The notes under the pieces were generated by a model. The model ran no database searches. It was not told the DNA's origin and saw only the letters and a list, made by a program, of their open reading frames with translations. Shown in pieces: positions 29,248 to 39,011 of a stretch of 64,000 nt of DNA; the first letter of the stretch is position 1, and every line of letters starts with the position of its first letter. Location: the NCBI GenBank assembly GCA_965279375.1, contig OZ257156.1:224001-288000 (forward strand), read 5' to 3'. Origin of the DNA: Gemmatimonas sp. Its GTDB lineage: Bacteria > Gemmatimonadota > Gemmatimonadetes > Gemmatimonadales > Gemmatimonadaceae. The position numbers were made by a program, and so were the translations under genes.

Positions 29248-30609
29248 TTACGCCTTGCGATCGATGCAGCCCTTGAAGTCCGGGTTGTTGCGTTCCGTGA
29301 AGGGGATCGGGAAGTTGACGTCAGTCCCGAAGGTCTCACCACGGCGAAGCGGCATCGCGCCGATCGGGAAGACGGTGTCTTCGGTACGCCCGTACTGGCG
29401 GATCAGGCGACGCATGTCACCCAGACGGTGGCCCGTGAGCCACAGCCAGAACGCGCGCTCCTTGAACAGCAGGTCCACGGCCGCCGGCTGCGTCGTGGGC
29501 GATGCCGGCAGCGCCGCCATCGGCGCGGCGAGGCCGGTCGCACGAAGCGTGTTGAGCGCGGCAAACACCGCATCGCGATCGGCCTGCGTGCCGCCCTGCA
29601 AACGGGCTTCGGCCTCGATCAGTCGCGCTTCGATACCATCGGCCAGCACCACGTTCGAATTCTGCGCCGGGTACTTCATTTCGAGGGGCAGGTTCGGATC
29701 GGCGTTGAAGCCCGTGCGGTTGGACGGCTGCCACGGCACACGCGGATCGGCCGGCGTGACGAGGTAGTCAAGTCCATTGACGCCTTCCTTCGTGCCGGCG
29801 GTATAGCGCGAGTTGGCCTGATACGCCCCGTTCCACACGCCGTTCTGCTGGCGTCCAGTCGCCACCGAGTGGTAGACGAAATATTTGTAGCTGGTCGCCA
29901 CACCGGACACTGCCGCGGCGGCCTGAGCAAACTGGCCGAGGTTGAGCAGCGTGCGGGCCTTGCCGATGGCGGCGAGGCTGCGGTAGTTCGTGCCCGTCGC
30001 CAACGTCAGCGCGCTGTCGAATGACGCAGTGGAACGCGCGAGAATCTGTGCCGTCGTCAGCTGCGCGCCGAAGACGGGAGATCCATCCGCCGACGTGGAG
30101 CTGAACGGGACGCCGGAGCAGTACGCCTCGGCGAAGAACCCTTCGCTGAAGCCGCGCAGCGAGTACAGCTCGCTGAGTGAGTCTTTCGCCGCCGCGTTCG
30201 TAGCCGACTTGGCCTTGCTCCACGAACTGATGGCCGACGTCAGACCCGTGCGCGCCAGCTGGAGGTTGTTGTACAACGTGTTGACGGCACCGCCAAGGAT
30301 TTCGTCCTGCCTACGGGCGTCGGTCCGATAGCGATCGGCGAACGTATCCGACGTCTGGATCTCATCGGACATGTTTCCCGTCGACATCAGGAAACCGTCC
30401 TGCGTGCCGGAGAACGACACGACGAAGTCCTGCAGCGCGCCGTTGCGCAGCGTGGTCGCTCCGAGACTGCCGCCGAGGACATCGGCGGCGAGCACGTCCG
30501 GCGTCCCCACGTCGAGAATGTCGTTGGAGCAACCGGCCAACGCGAAAGCGGCGGCGGCCAGAGTGCCGGCCGGGCGAATCACCCGGCGGGCCGTGGAAAT
30601 GAAGCTCAT
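29248..30609 (-). CDS. RagB/SusD-like lipoprotein
   Basis: Lipobox LAGC; SDE; FAEAYCSGVP; EARLIEAEARL; ERAFWLWLTGHRLGDMRRL. Confidence 0.87.
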   Translation of the reverse strand: MSFISTARRVIRPAGTLAAAAFALAGCSNDILDVGTPDVLAADVLGGSLGATTLRNGALQDFVVSFSGTQDGFLMSTGNMSDEIQTSDTFADRYRTDARRQDEILGGAVNTLYNNLQLARTGLTSAISSWSKAKSATNAAAKDSLSELYSLRGFSEGFFAEAYCSGVPFSSTSADGSPVFGAQLTTAQILARSTASFDSALTLATGTNYRSLAAIGKARTLLNLGQFAQAAAAVSGVATSYKYFVYHSVATGRQQNGVWNGAYQANSRYTAGTKEGVNGLDYLVTPADPRVPWQPSNRTGFNADPNLPLEMKYPAQNSNVVLADGIEARLIEAEARLQGGTQADRDAVFAALNTLRATGLAAPMAALPASPTTQPAAVDLLFKERAFWLWLTGHRLGDMRRLIRQYGRTEDTVFPIGAMPLRRGETFGTDVNFPIPFTERNNPDFKGCIDRKA

Positions 30610-30622
30610 GTAGTCGCGCGCC

Positions 30623-33600
30623 TCAGAAGGAGAAGTTCATACGAAGCGTGAACGTGCGCAGCGGCGGCGTGGAGAAGTACTCCTCGTTGCCACGCGCGTC
30701 GTTGTTGCTCTGCGCTGCTTCAGGATCGACACCGCTGTACTTGGTGTTCACGCCGAGGTTGCGGCCCGTGAAGATCACGTTCCAGCGGCTGGCGCGCACC
30801 GCGTTCGCCCACTTGGTCGGCAGCTCGTACGAGACCGACGCTTCACGCCAGCGCGTGAAGGAGCCGTCTTCGAACATGCCCGTATACACGGTCTGCGACG
30901 TCGCCAGCGCGGCAGCCTGCATCGCCAGCGGCGCGCTCTTGTCATAGCGGCCACGGCAGGAGATGCCGTTCATGCACATGTGGCGCAGCGTGTTGTTGAA
31001 CTTGAGGAAGTTCCACTTGCGATCGATCTGCGACGAGATACGGAGCTTGTGGTTGAGCAGTTCGATCGACGGCGAGAAGGCCAGTTCGCGCGTCGGGAAC
31101 GTCGCGCCCTGGAACACCGTCGTATCGGTGAACTTCATTTCGCTCAACACGATGATGCCGTCGGCATTCGCGTCGGCGAAGGTGTAGTCCTTGTCCCACA
31201 AGCCGTAGAGCGGGTAGCCCGGCAGGTTGCGCTGCGTGTTGCGATTGCCCGTGGCGATCGGCGACACGCCGTCACCAAGCTTGAGCATCCGGTTCTTGTT
31301 CGTCGAGCCGGTCAACGCGAAGTCGATCGCGATGGCGCTACGGTCGATGACCTTTTGGTTGTAGGTCATCTCGATGCCGGTGTTCTGGATGTTGCCGATG
31401 TTCGCGAACTGGCTGGTCAGGCCGGAGAGCGACGGCGCGATGCCGCGGCTGATCAGCGCATCCGTCGTCTTCTTGTTGTACGACGTCAGTTCGATGTTGC
31501 TGCGACCGGAGAACATGGTGAGGTCGAAGCCCATTTCCGTTTCGGCGGAGAACTCGGGCTTGAGCTGCGTGTTTCCGAGCGAGCCGAGCGAGGCACCCGG
31601 CGTGTCACCACCGTTCGACAACGTGGTCGGGCCGGCGTTGTAGAAGCGCACGGCGTCCGTCGCGCCCGGGATCTGACCCGACGCGCCATACGTGGCGCGC
31701 AAACGCAGCGTGTTGATGAAGTCGGCCTTCGGGAAGAACGACTGGTCGGAGACGACCCACGACGCGCCCAACTTGGGGTAGTACACGGCGTTGAAGTTCT
31801 TACCGAACGCGTTGGCCGCGTCACGACGCACACCCGCGGTCAGGAAGAGCTTCTCGTTGACGTTGATGACTTCTTCGACGTAGTAGCCGAGGGTGCGCTT
31901 TTCCGAGTACGTCTGCGTGCTGGAGCGCGTCGCGGCGGCGGAGACCGTCACGCCACCCGGCGGCAAGCCGATGCCCGTGCCCGTCGTGTTGCCGAACGCC
32001 GTGCGGATGTACTGCATGCCGACGGACGTCTTGGAACCGAGCCAGCTGAACGGCTGCCACGTGCCCGTTGCACCGAGATCGGCCGTCTGATTGTTGATGT
32101 CGGCCTTGAGGCTCGTGATGTTGCCCTGACGCGTGGTACCGGCGGCCGGTCCTTCACCGACCTTCGACAGGAAGAGCTCACCGCGCGACGTATAGTCCGA
32201 TCCGAACACCGCGCGCGTATCGAGCCAGCTGCTCGGCTTGTACTGCGTGGAGATGCTGTTGATGAAGCGGTTGATGCCGAGCGTCGTGGTCTGCGAGAGC
32301 ACGTCGCCCATCTGGAAGGCGCGGTAGCCCTTGAGCGAATCGCCGCTGACAGGATCGACCAGATCCTGACGCCACACCGAGCCCAGCGCGTCCACCATCA
32401 TGCCGTTCGAGTTGTCTTCGTTCTGCGGAAGGCGCGTGCCGCTATTCACATAGGAAGACGACACCTGAACGAACCAACCCGGCGCGAGCTGCGTGTTCAG
32501 GTTCGCGCGGAGGCTGTTACGGGCCAGTGCGTTCGGACGCATCTGGGTGGACGGGAGCGCACTCACGCCACGGAACTTGAGCAGGCGCGTGACTTCGCGG
32601 TCCGGCATCTTGTACGTGCCCGTCTCGCCTTCGGTCTGCGCGGAGACGAAGAACTGCGTCTTGTCGTTGCCGCCCGACGCCTGGAAGTTGTACTGCTGAC
32701 GCGAGCCTTCACCGATCGGCGTCAGGTCCTTGATGTTGAGCACGTTGCCGTGCGACAGCGAGTCCGGGCGGCAGGCGCCCGACGCAACGGCCGTCAGCAA
32801 GCAGATGTTCGATACCGTCGACGTGCCCGTCTTGCCCCAGAGGGAGTAGAGCTCAGGGTACGTGTTCGGATCGGTGATCTTTCCGTTTTCCGCCGTGATG
32901 CTGTACTTGGTCGTGCCGGCCTTGCCGCGCTTGGTCGTGATGACGATCACGCCGTTGGCCGCTTCCGTACCATACAGCGTGGCGGCAGACGGGCCCTTGA
33001 TGACTTCGATATTCTCGATCTCGGACGGGTTGATGTCGTCGAGACGCGACGGCCCCGAGCCACCGACACCGATACCGTTGTTGGTCGTGGACGTCGCGCG
33101 CACGCCGTCGATCACGACGATCGGATCGTTGGAGAGCGACAGCGAGTTCTGGCCGCGAATGCGGATGCGCGAGCCGGTACCCGTCGCACCGGTCGAGATC
33201 ACCTGCACGCTCGAAGCGCGCCCGGAGAGCAGGCTGCCCATGTTGGTCACCGGCAGCGTCGCCAGCTTCTCGCCAACGGCGATCTGCGTGGTGGCGTTGG
33301 CCAGTTCGACCTTCTTCTGTTGTCCCGTTACCGTGGTCACGACCGCCGACAGGGAGTACGTCGCCTGCGTCAGCGTGAAGTTCTGCGTGAGCGTCTGCCC
33401 CGCCGTCACCGTCAGCGAGAGCTTGGTCGGCTGATAGCCGAGCCGGTTCACGGACAGTTCGATCGTGCCAGCGTTGATGGTGCGAATGGAGTAGCGCCCG
33501 TCATCGCCCGTGAGCGACGCGAGCTGCGTGCCCGTGACCGAGACGCGCGCGCCGACGACTGGAGCGTTCGTCACGGCGTCAGAGATGCGCCCGGCCACCG

Positions 33601-33739
33601 TCACGGTACCTCCCTGCGCACCCGCCGCACTCCATGCACCGCCAACCAGTCCGAGCGCGGCGAGTACACGCCCGCTTCGGCGGCGAGTTGCAGACAGGCT
33701 AGCCCACGCCTGTCGGAAAATTCCTGAACCTGCTCCCAT
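30623..33739 (-). CDS. SusC/RagA family TonB-dependent receptor
   Basis: IRIRGQNSLSLSNDPIVVIDGVR, DINPSEIENIEVIKGPSAATLYGTEAANGVIVITTKRG, LKPE; C-terminal Phe. Confidence 0.92.
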   Translation of the reverse strand: MGAGSGIFRQAWASLSATRRRSGRVLAALGLVGGAWSAAGAQGGTVTVAGRISDAVTNAPVVGARVSVTGTQLASLTGDDGRYSIRTINAGTIELSVNRLGYQPTKLSLTVTAGQTLTQNFTLTQATYSLSAVVTTVTGQQKKVELANATTQIAVGEKLATLPVTNMGSLLSGRASSVQVISTGATGTGSRIRIRGQNSLSLSNDPIVVIDGVRATSTTNNGIGVGGSGPSRLDDINPSEIENIEVIKGPSAATLYGTEAANGVIVITTKRGKAGTTKYSITAENGKITDPNTYPELYSLWGKTGTSTVSNICLLTAVASGACRPDSLSHGNVLNIKDLTPIGEGSRQQYNFQASGGNDKTQFFVSAQTEGETGTYKMPDREVTRLLKFRGVSALPSTQMRPNALARNSLRANLNTQLAPGWFVQVSSSYVNSGTRLPQNEDNSNGMMVDALGSVWRQDLVDPVSGDSLKGYRAFQMGDVLSQTTTLGINRFINSISTQYKPSSWLDTRAVFGSDYTSRGELFLSKVGEGPAAGTTRQGNITSLKADINNQTADLGATGTWQPFSWLGSKTSVGMQYIRTAFGNTTGTGIGLPPGGVTVSAAATRSSTQTYSEKRTLGYYVEEVINVNEKLFLTAGVRRDAANAFGKNFNAVYYPKLGASWVVSDQSFFPKADFINTLRLRATYGASGQIPGATDAVRFYNAGPTTLSNGGDTPGASLGSLGNTQLKPEFSAETEMGFDLTMFSGRSNIELTSYNKKTTDALISRGIAPSLSGLTSQFANIGNIQNTGIEMTYNQKVIDRSAIAIDFALTGSTNKNRMLKLGDGVSPIATGNRNTQRNLPGYPLYGLWDKDYTFADANADGIIVLSEMKFTDTTVFQGATFPTRELAFSPSIELLNHKLRISSQIDRKWNFLKFNNTLRHMCMNGISCRGRYDKSAPLAMQAAALATSQTVYTGMFEDGSFTRWREASVSYELPTKWANAVRASRWNVIFTGRNLGVNTKYSGVDPEAAQSNNDARGNEEYFSTPPLRTFTLRMNFSF

Positions 33740-34079
33740 ATCCTAAATCCCCCTGAGTGGATCTACGGCCGGCCACACGGGAGTGGACGGCGTCGGCGAC
33801 AACAGCCGAAGCCCGACGCCGACGCGCGCCGAGTGAGTTCGGATGCTGGACTACTTTAGGAGTACACAGCAGCAGTGTGCGACGCGCGCACGTTGCGACT
33901 GGAACGAACAGGGAGAAGCCGGAGGGCGCTGCGTTGAGGATGACGCAAAGACTCAGTCGTGCATCCAGCTGCACCGCGCCGCGCTGGAAGACCGCAACCG
34001 CTGCACCGCATCGCGCTGGGAAGGAGAGCGCTTATGGGCACAAACGGGGGTCCAACGAACCGGGTACAGACTGGGGACG

Positions 34080-34108
34080 ATGCTACGGACGAGCAACGCT
34101 GCTGTCAA
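34080..34108 (-). promoter_or_regulatory. Putative sigma70 promoter for the second susC/susD pair
   Basis: Minus strand TTGACA-N17-TAGCAT. Confidence 0.55.
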
Positions 34109-34206
34109 TACGGACGGAACTGTCCCGATATAACATTCCCGAGCGCGAATACGTCACCGACTCCCGCCTCCCTCGCGCACGCCGCACTCCCACGCGATTT
34201 TCACGC

Positions 34207-35202
34207 ATGCATCGCCGACTCGCCACGCTTCTCTACCTCGTCGTCACTTCCACCGCGACGGCCCAGCCCCCGCAGCCGATCATCGGCCTCATCACCAAGA
34301 CCGAAACGAATCCGTTCTTTGTAAAGATGAAGGAGGGCGCACAGGCTGCCGCCGCCGCACGTGGCGCCAAGCTCCTGTCCGGTGCCGGCAAGAACGATGG
34401 TGACAATGCCGGGCAGGTCACCGCGATGGAGAACATGATCGCGGCCGGCGCCAAGGTCATTCTCATCACCGTCAGCGATTCCAAGGCGATCGTGCCCGCG
34501 ATCAAGCGCGCGCGCGCCAAGGGTGTGCTCGTCATCGCGCTCGACAGCCCCACCGATCCGGTCTCCGCCACCGACGCGCTCTTCGCCACCGACAACTACA
34601 AGGCTGGTGAACTCATCGGCCAGTACGCGCGGCGTGCCCTCGGCTCGGCCGCACCGCAAATCGCCACGCTCGATCTGCTCCCCGGCCATCCGGTTGGCGC
34701 GCAGCGCCACAACGGCTTCCTCAAAGGCTTTGGCCTCACCGCGCCCGCCGCCAACGTCAATACGCTGGGCAAGCCCGCCGGCGTCGTCTGCATGGCCGAC
34801 AGCTACGGCGATCAGTCCAAGGGACAGACGGCGATGGAGAACTGCCTGCAGAAGAATCCGGGCATCAACGTCGTCTACACGATCAACGAACCCACCGCCG
34901 CGGGCGCCTTCAAGGCGCTCAAGGCCGCCGGCAAGGAGAAGGGCGTCGTCCTTGTATCTGTAGATGGCGGCTGCCAGGGCGTGCGCGATGTCGGCGCCGG
35001 CAACATCACTGCCACCGCACAACAGTATCCGCTCAAGATGGCCGCACTCGGCGTCGAAGCGGGTGTCGCCTTCATCAAGAACGGCACCAAGCCCACCAAC
35101 TTCATCGACACTGGCGTCGCACTCATTGCCAACAAGGCCGTGACCGGCGTAGACAGCAAGGACGTCAAGACAGGACTCGAGCTCTGCTTCGGCAAGAAGT
35201 AA
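34207..35202 (+). CDS. frcB: Sugar (fructose/ribose/mannose-type) ABC transporter substrate-binding protein
   Basis: GLITKTETNPFFVKMKEGA, DALFATDN.KAG.LIG, VYTINEP, SVDGGC, ATAQQYPLKMA, as in FrcB-like proteins. Confidence 0.8.
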   Translation: MHRRLATLLYLVVTSTATAQPPQPIIGLITKTETNPFFVKMKEGAQAAAAARGAKLLSGAGKNDGDNAGQVTAMENMIAAGAKVILITVSDSKAIVPAIKRARAKGVLVIALDSPTDPVSATDALFATDNYKAGELIGQYARRALGSAAPQIATLDLLPGHPVGAQRHNGFLKGFGLTAPAANVNTLGKPAGVVCMADSYGDQSKGQTAMENCLQKNPGINVVYTINEPTAAGAFKALKAAGKEKGVVLVSVDGGCQGVRDVGAGNITATAQQYPLKMAALGVEAGVAFIKNGTKPTNFIDTGVALIANKAVTGVDSKDVKTGLELCFGKK

Positions 35203-35231
35203 ATCGCGCCCTCGGCCCGCTCCTCGCGCTG

Positions 35232-36137
35232 TTGGCCGCGTGCGCATTCTTCGCCACGCAGAGCGATCGCTTCCTCACCGGTGAAAACGCCGCGCTCGTC
35301 CTCCAGCAGGTCATGGTGGTCGGCGTCATCGCGATCGGTCAGACGCTCGTTGTCCTGACGGCCGGCGTGGACCTCTCCTGTGGCATGGTCATGGCGCTGG
35401 GTGGCATCGTCATGACCAAGTTCGCCGGTGAACTGGGCGTGCCGGTACCGCTCGCCATCGCCAGTGGCATCGGCGTCACCGCGCTCGTCGGTGCAATCAA
35501 CGGCTTGCTCGTCACCGCCATCAAGCTGCCGCCGTTCATCGTCACCCTCGGCACGCTCAACATCGCCTTCGCGATCACGCAGCTCTATTCGGATTCACAG
35601 ACCGTCAGTGAAATTCCCGAATCGCTGACGGCGCTCGGCCAGACGTTCAACATCGGTGGCACGTCCGTGGTGTACGGCGTTGCGTTGATGCTGCTGTTGT
35701 ATGCCTTCGCTGCATTCTGGCTGCGTGAGACCGCCGCCGGGCGCCACGTGTATGCCGTCGGCAACAACCCGGAAGCCACCCGGCTCACCGGCATCCCCAC
35801 GCATCGCGTGGTGATTGGCGTCTACATCCTCGCCGGCATCTGCTACGGCATCGCGTCACTGCTGGCCGTCGCACGCACCGGAGTCGGCGATCCCAACGCA
35901 GGCCAAACAGAGAATCTCGACGCCATCACCGCCGTCGTTCTGGGCGGCACGTCGCTCTTTGGCGGACGTGGCAACGTACTCGGCACGCTCGTCGGCGCGC
36001 TCATCGTCGGCGTTTTCCGCAACGGACTCACGCTGATGGGCGTGTCCTCCGTCTACCAGATTCTCATCACCGGCGTGCTGGTCATTCTCGCCGTCACCGC
36101 CGATCAGCTCTCGCGCCGCGGCCAGGGGGCTCGATGA
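35232..36137 (+). CDS. frcC: Sugar ABC transporter permease
   Basis: GQTLVVLTAGVDLS, LPPFIVTLGT, GRHVYAVGNN.EA.RLTGI, AVVLGGTSLFGGRG. True start unclear (see findings). Confidence 0.85.
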   Translation: MAACAFFATQSDRFLTGENAALVLQQVMVVGVIAIGQTLVVLTAGVDLSCGMVMALGGIVMTKFAGELGVPVPLAIASGIGVTALVGAINGLLVTAIKLPPFIVTLGTLNIAFAITQLYSDSQTVSEIPESLTALGQTFNIGGTSVVYGVALMLLLYAFAAFWLRETAAGRHVYAVGNNPEATRLTGIPTHRVVIGVYILAGICYGIASLLAVARTGVGDPNAGQTENLDAITAVVLGGTSLFGGRGNVLGTLVGALIVGVFRNGLTLMGVSSVYQILITGVLVILAVTADQLSRRGQGAR

Positions 36138-36955
36138 GTTCCACGATGAGCACCACGACGAGCGCAGCGAACGCTCGAATCGTGATGCAGGCGACGGGAC
36201 TCGTGAAGCGATACGGTCACGTCACCGCGCTCGATGGCGCTGACTTCGAGTTGCGCGACGGTGAAATCCTCGCCGTCATCGGCGACAACGGCGCCGGCAA
36301 GTCGTCGCTCATCAAGGCGCTCTCCGGCGCACTCGTACCCGATTCCGGCGAGATCCGCCTCGACGGCAAGCCGGTGCACTTCACCAGCCCCATCGATGCG
36401 CGCCGCGCCGGCATCGAGACCGTGTATCAGGAGCTGGCCGTCGCGCCCGCGATGACCATCGCCGAGAATCTGTTTCTTGGGCGCGAACTGCGGAGACCCG
36501 GCGTGCTGGGCAGCGTCTTCCGCATGCTCGACAAGTCACGCATGCTGCGTGAGAGCGAGGAGTATCTGCGCGACCTGCGCATCGGTATTCGCTCGATGTC
36601 GCAGGCGGTGGAAACACTCTCCGGGGGACAGCGGCAAGGCGTCGCCGTTGCTCGCAGCGCTGCCTTCGCGCAGCACGTCGTCATCATGGACGAGCCCACC
36701 GCTGCACTGGGTGTCAAGGAAAGCACGCAGGTACTCGAACTGATTCGCCGTGTGCGCGATCGCGGCCTCGCCGTGGTGCTGATCTCGCACAACATGCCGC
36801 ATGTGTTCGAGATCGCCGATCGCGTGCACGTCGCACGGCTGGGCAAGCGCGCCGCCGTGCTCGATCCCAAGGCGGTCAAGATGAACGATGCGGTCGCTCT
36901 CATGACCGGTGCCATCACCGCCGAGCAGCTACTCGGCGCGGAAATCGCCGGTTAG
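36134..36955 (+). CDS. frcA: Sugar ABC transporter ATP-binding protein
   Basis: Walker A GDNGAGKS, LSGGQRQ, MDEPTAALG, ISHN. Confidence 0.9.
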   Translation: MSSTMSTTTSAANARIVMQATGLVKRYGHVTALDGADFELRDGEILAVIGDNGAGKSSLIKALSGALVPDSGEIRLDGKPVHFTSPIDARRAGIETVYQELAVAPAMTIAENLFLGRELRRPGVLGSVFRMLDKSRMLRESEEYLRDLRIGIRSMSQAVETLSGGQRQGVAVARSAAFAQHVVIMDEPTAALGVKESTQVLELIRRVRDRGLAVVLISHNMPHVFEIADRVHVARLGKRAAVLDPKAVKMNDAVALMTGAITAEQLLGAEIAG

Positions 36956-38181
36956 GCCAGTTCGCGTTTGAGCGCTGTCACCAACGCGTCCACGTCTTGC
37001 TCCGTGTTGAAGAGATGCGTGGAGATGCGATGGCCGTTGAGCCACTGCCCGGGCACCACCTTCACCACCACGCGGTGCTTCTCCAGCAGTCGCGTATAGA
37101 GGTCGTGACTCTTCACCGCGTCGGGGAGGATGTACGTCAGCATCGGTGAGGCCTGCTCCCCCTCGCGCGCCGCGACGACACGCACTGCAGGCACCTGTTG
37201 CAGTGCGCGCTCGAGATACGCACGCAGCGCGAGATTGTGCGACTCGATGGCGCCGATGCCGCGCGCGTTGAGGTAGTCGATCGCCGCGCCGAGCCCCAGC
37301 ACGCCGGGAATGTTGCCCACGCCGGACGACGCGCTGTAGGCCGCGCGCCCACTCTGCAGCGAGATCGGATCGATCCTCGTGCCCAACGCTTTGCTGAGAT
37401 AGAGCAGCCCCGTGCCCTTCGGCGCGAGCAGCCACTTGTGGCCACTCGTGGCGTAGACATCGCAGCCGAGCGCTTTCACGTCGACCGCGATACCCCCAAC
37501 GGCCTGCGCACCGTCGACCACGGAGAGGCAGTTGCGCGCGCGTGCCACCGCGCTCAGTTCAGCGACGGGCAGACGCATGCCCGTGGACGACAGCAGATGC
37601 GAGAAGGAGAGCACGCGCGTGCGAGGCGTGATGGCGCGCTCGACGCGCGAAACGATCGCGGCCGCGTCATGCTCCCCCGGTGCGATGGGCACGACATCCA
37701 GCACGACGCCACGCGTGCGTACGAGATAGTCCCAGCAGACGCGTCCACCGGGGTGCTCCTGATCGGTGGTCAGCACGCGATCCCCCGGCGACCAATCGAG
37801 TCCTTGCGCGACCCGATTCATCCCGTCGGTCGTGCAAGTCGTCAGCACCAGTTCGTCGTCGCTGCAACCGATCAGCGCGGCCGCCTTGGTGCGTACCGCC
37901 TCCATCGCCTGCTCATGTACGCCGTAACCATAGAAGACGGGATTGCGTTCGAGCTCCTTCCAGGCTGCGATCGTTCGCTCCAGCACCGGTGCCGGCGTCG
38001 GCCCGAGCGAGCCCGTCTGCAGGTAGGCGAGCCCTGCGTCGAGCAGAAAGTCGGATGCTGCGGCAAGCCCGCGCGTCTCGAATGTCGCCGCGGCGCACTC
38101 GGCGCCCCAGCCAACACGCGGGACGAACGTGGCCGCGGATGCCGCACCCAGCGCGGAGAGAAAATCGCGTCGATTGGTCAT
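36952..38181 (-). CDS. Tat-exported class V PLP-dependent enzyme (cysteine desulfurase/isopenicillin epimerase-like)
   Basis: MTNRRDFLSALG Tat motif; QEH, VDGAQAVG, SGHKWLLAPKGTG, RISTHLFN. Confidence 0.85.
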   Translation of the reverse strand: MTNRRDFLSALGAASAATFVPRVGWGAECAAATFETRGLAAASDFLLDAGLAYLQTGSLGPTPAPVLERTIAAWKELERNPVFYGYGVHEQAMEAVRTKAAALIGCSDDELVLTTCTTDGMNRVAQGLDWSPGDRVLTTDQEHPGGRVCWDYLVRTRGVVLDVVPIAPGEHDAAAIVSRVERAITPRTRVLSFSHLLSSTGMRLPVAELSAVARARNCLSVVDGAQAVGGIAVDVKALGCDVYATSGHKWLLAPKGTGLLYLSKALGTRIDPISLQSGRAAYSASSGVGNIPGVLGLGAAIDYLNARGIGAIESHNLALRAYLERALQQVPAVRVVAAREGEQASPMLTYILPDAVKSHDLYTRLLEKHRVVVKVVPGQWLNGHRISTHLFNTEQDVDALVTALKRELA

Positions 38182-38343
38182 GCTGATACGAAAGCGTGAT
38201 TCGCCGTTTGACACTAGCCGCAGAGTTCCGTACCGTCTCGCGCAGACAAGTCAGTCCACCCAATTGCATCGCGAGTTCGTCGTGCTGTCATCAACACGGA
38301 GACGCAGACCGATGCGGTGCAGATGCCTTCAGGAGCGCTCATC

Positions 38344-38850
38344 ATGATGATCCATTCAATTCAGGAGTTCGTGGAGACGTGGGAGTTCGAGTCAGCTGCG
38401 ACGCAGAAGCTGCTCGATTTGCTCACCGACGTGTCGCTTCCGCAGGAGGCGTATCCAGGCGGCCGCACTATCGGACGGCTCGCGTGGCACATCGCGCAGA
38501 CGATCCCCGAAATGATGGGTAAGACGGGGCTGCACGTCGGCGGACTTGGCGAGCACGACCCGGCGCCGGCCAGCGCGGCGAGCATCGCCTCGGCGTACCG
38601 GCATGCGTCAGCGTCGTTGCTGGAGGAGATTCGCGCGCACTGGACCGATGAAACGCTCGCCCACACCGACAACTTGTACGGCGAGGAGTGGTCGCGTGGC
38701 CGCACACTTGGCGTACTCATCGGGCATCAGACGCATCATCGCGGGCAGCTTACCGTGCTCATGCGTCAGGCAGGTATTCGCGTCACCGGCGTGTATGGTC
38801 CGGCCGAGGAAGAGTGGATCGCGTACGGCATGGAGCCACCCGCAGTGTGA
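38344..38850 (+). CDS. DinB family protein
   Basis: RTIGRLAWHI; HQTHHRGQLTVLMRQAG...GVYGP. Confidence 0.88.
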   Translation: MMIHSIQEFVETWEFESAATQKLLDLLTDVSLPQEAYPGGRTIGRLAWHIAQTIPEMMGKTGLHVGGLGEHDPAPASAASIASAYRHASASLLEEIRAHWTDETLAHTDNLYGEEWSRGRTLGVLIGHQTHHRGQLTVLMRQAGIRVTGVYGPAEEEWIAYGMEPPAV

Positions 38851-39011
38851 TCGAGCGTGCGGCGTGGTTGTGCGTCGGCTTGCCGGCGCACACTTGTCGC
38901 CGCAACGTATGGCACACGCGGGCACGTCGGTGAGCATGCAGCGGCACCGACGTTGTCCCGCGCCATCTGTGTGTCCATTGCGTTCCTCCGGCACCGCCGG
39001 AAGGAGGATTG

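Noticed and set aside
30980..33727. 915-aa plus-strand ORF, and similar long ORFs such as 12560-14914, 49662-52067 and 5778-7454
   Set aside because: Antisense shadows of well-supported genes in high-GC DNA; Arg-rich with no recognisable motifs.
38890..38915. TGGCAC as a possible sigma54 promoter for the protease cassette
   Set aside because: No TTGC at the required -12 spacing.
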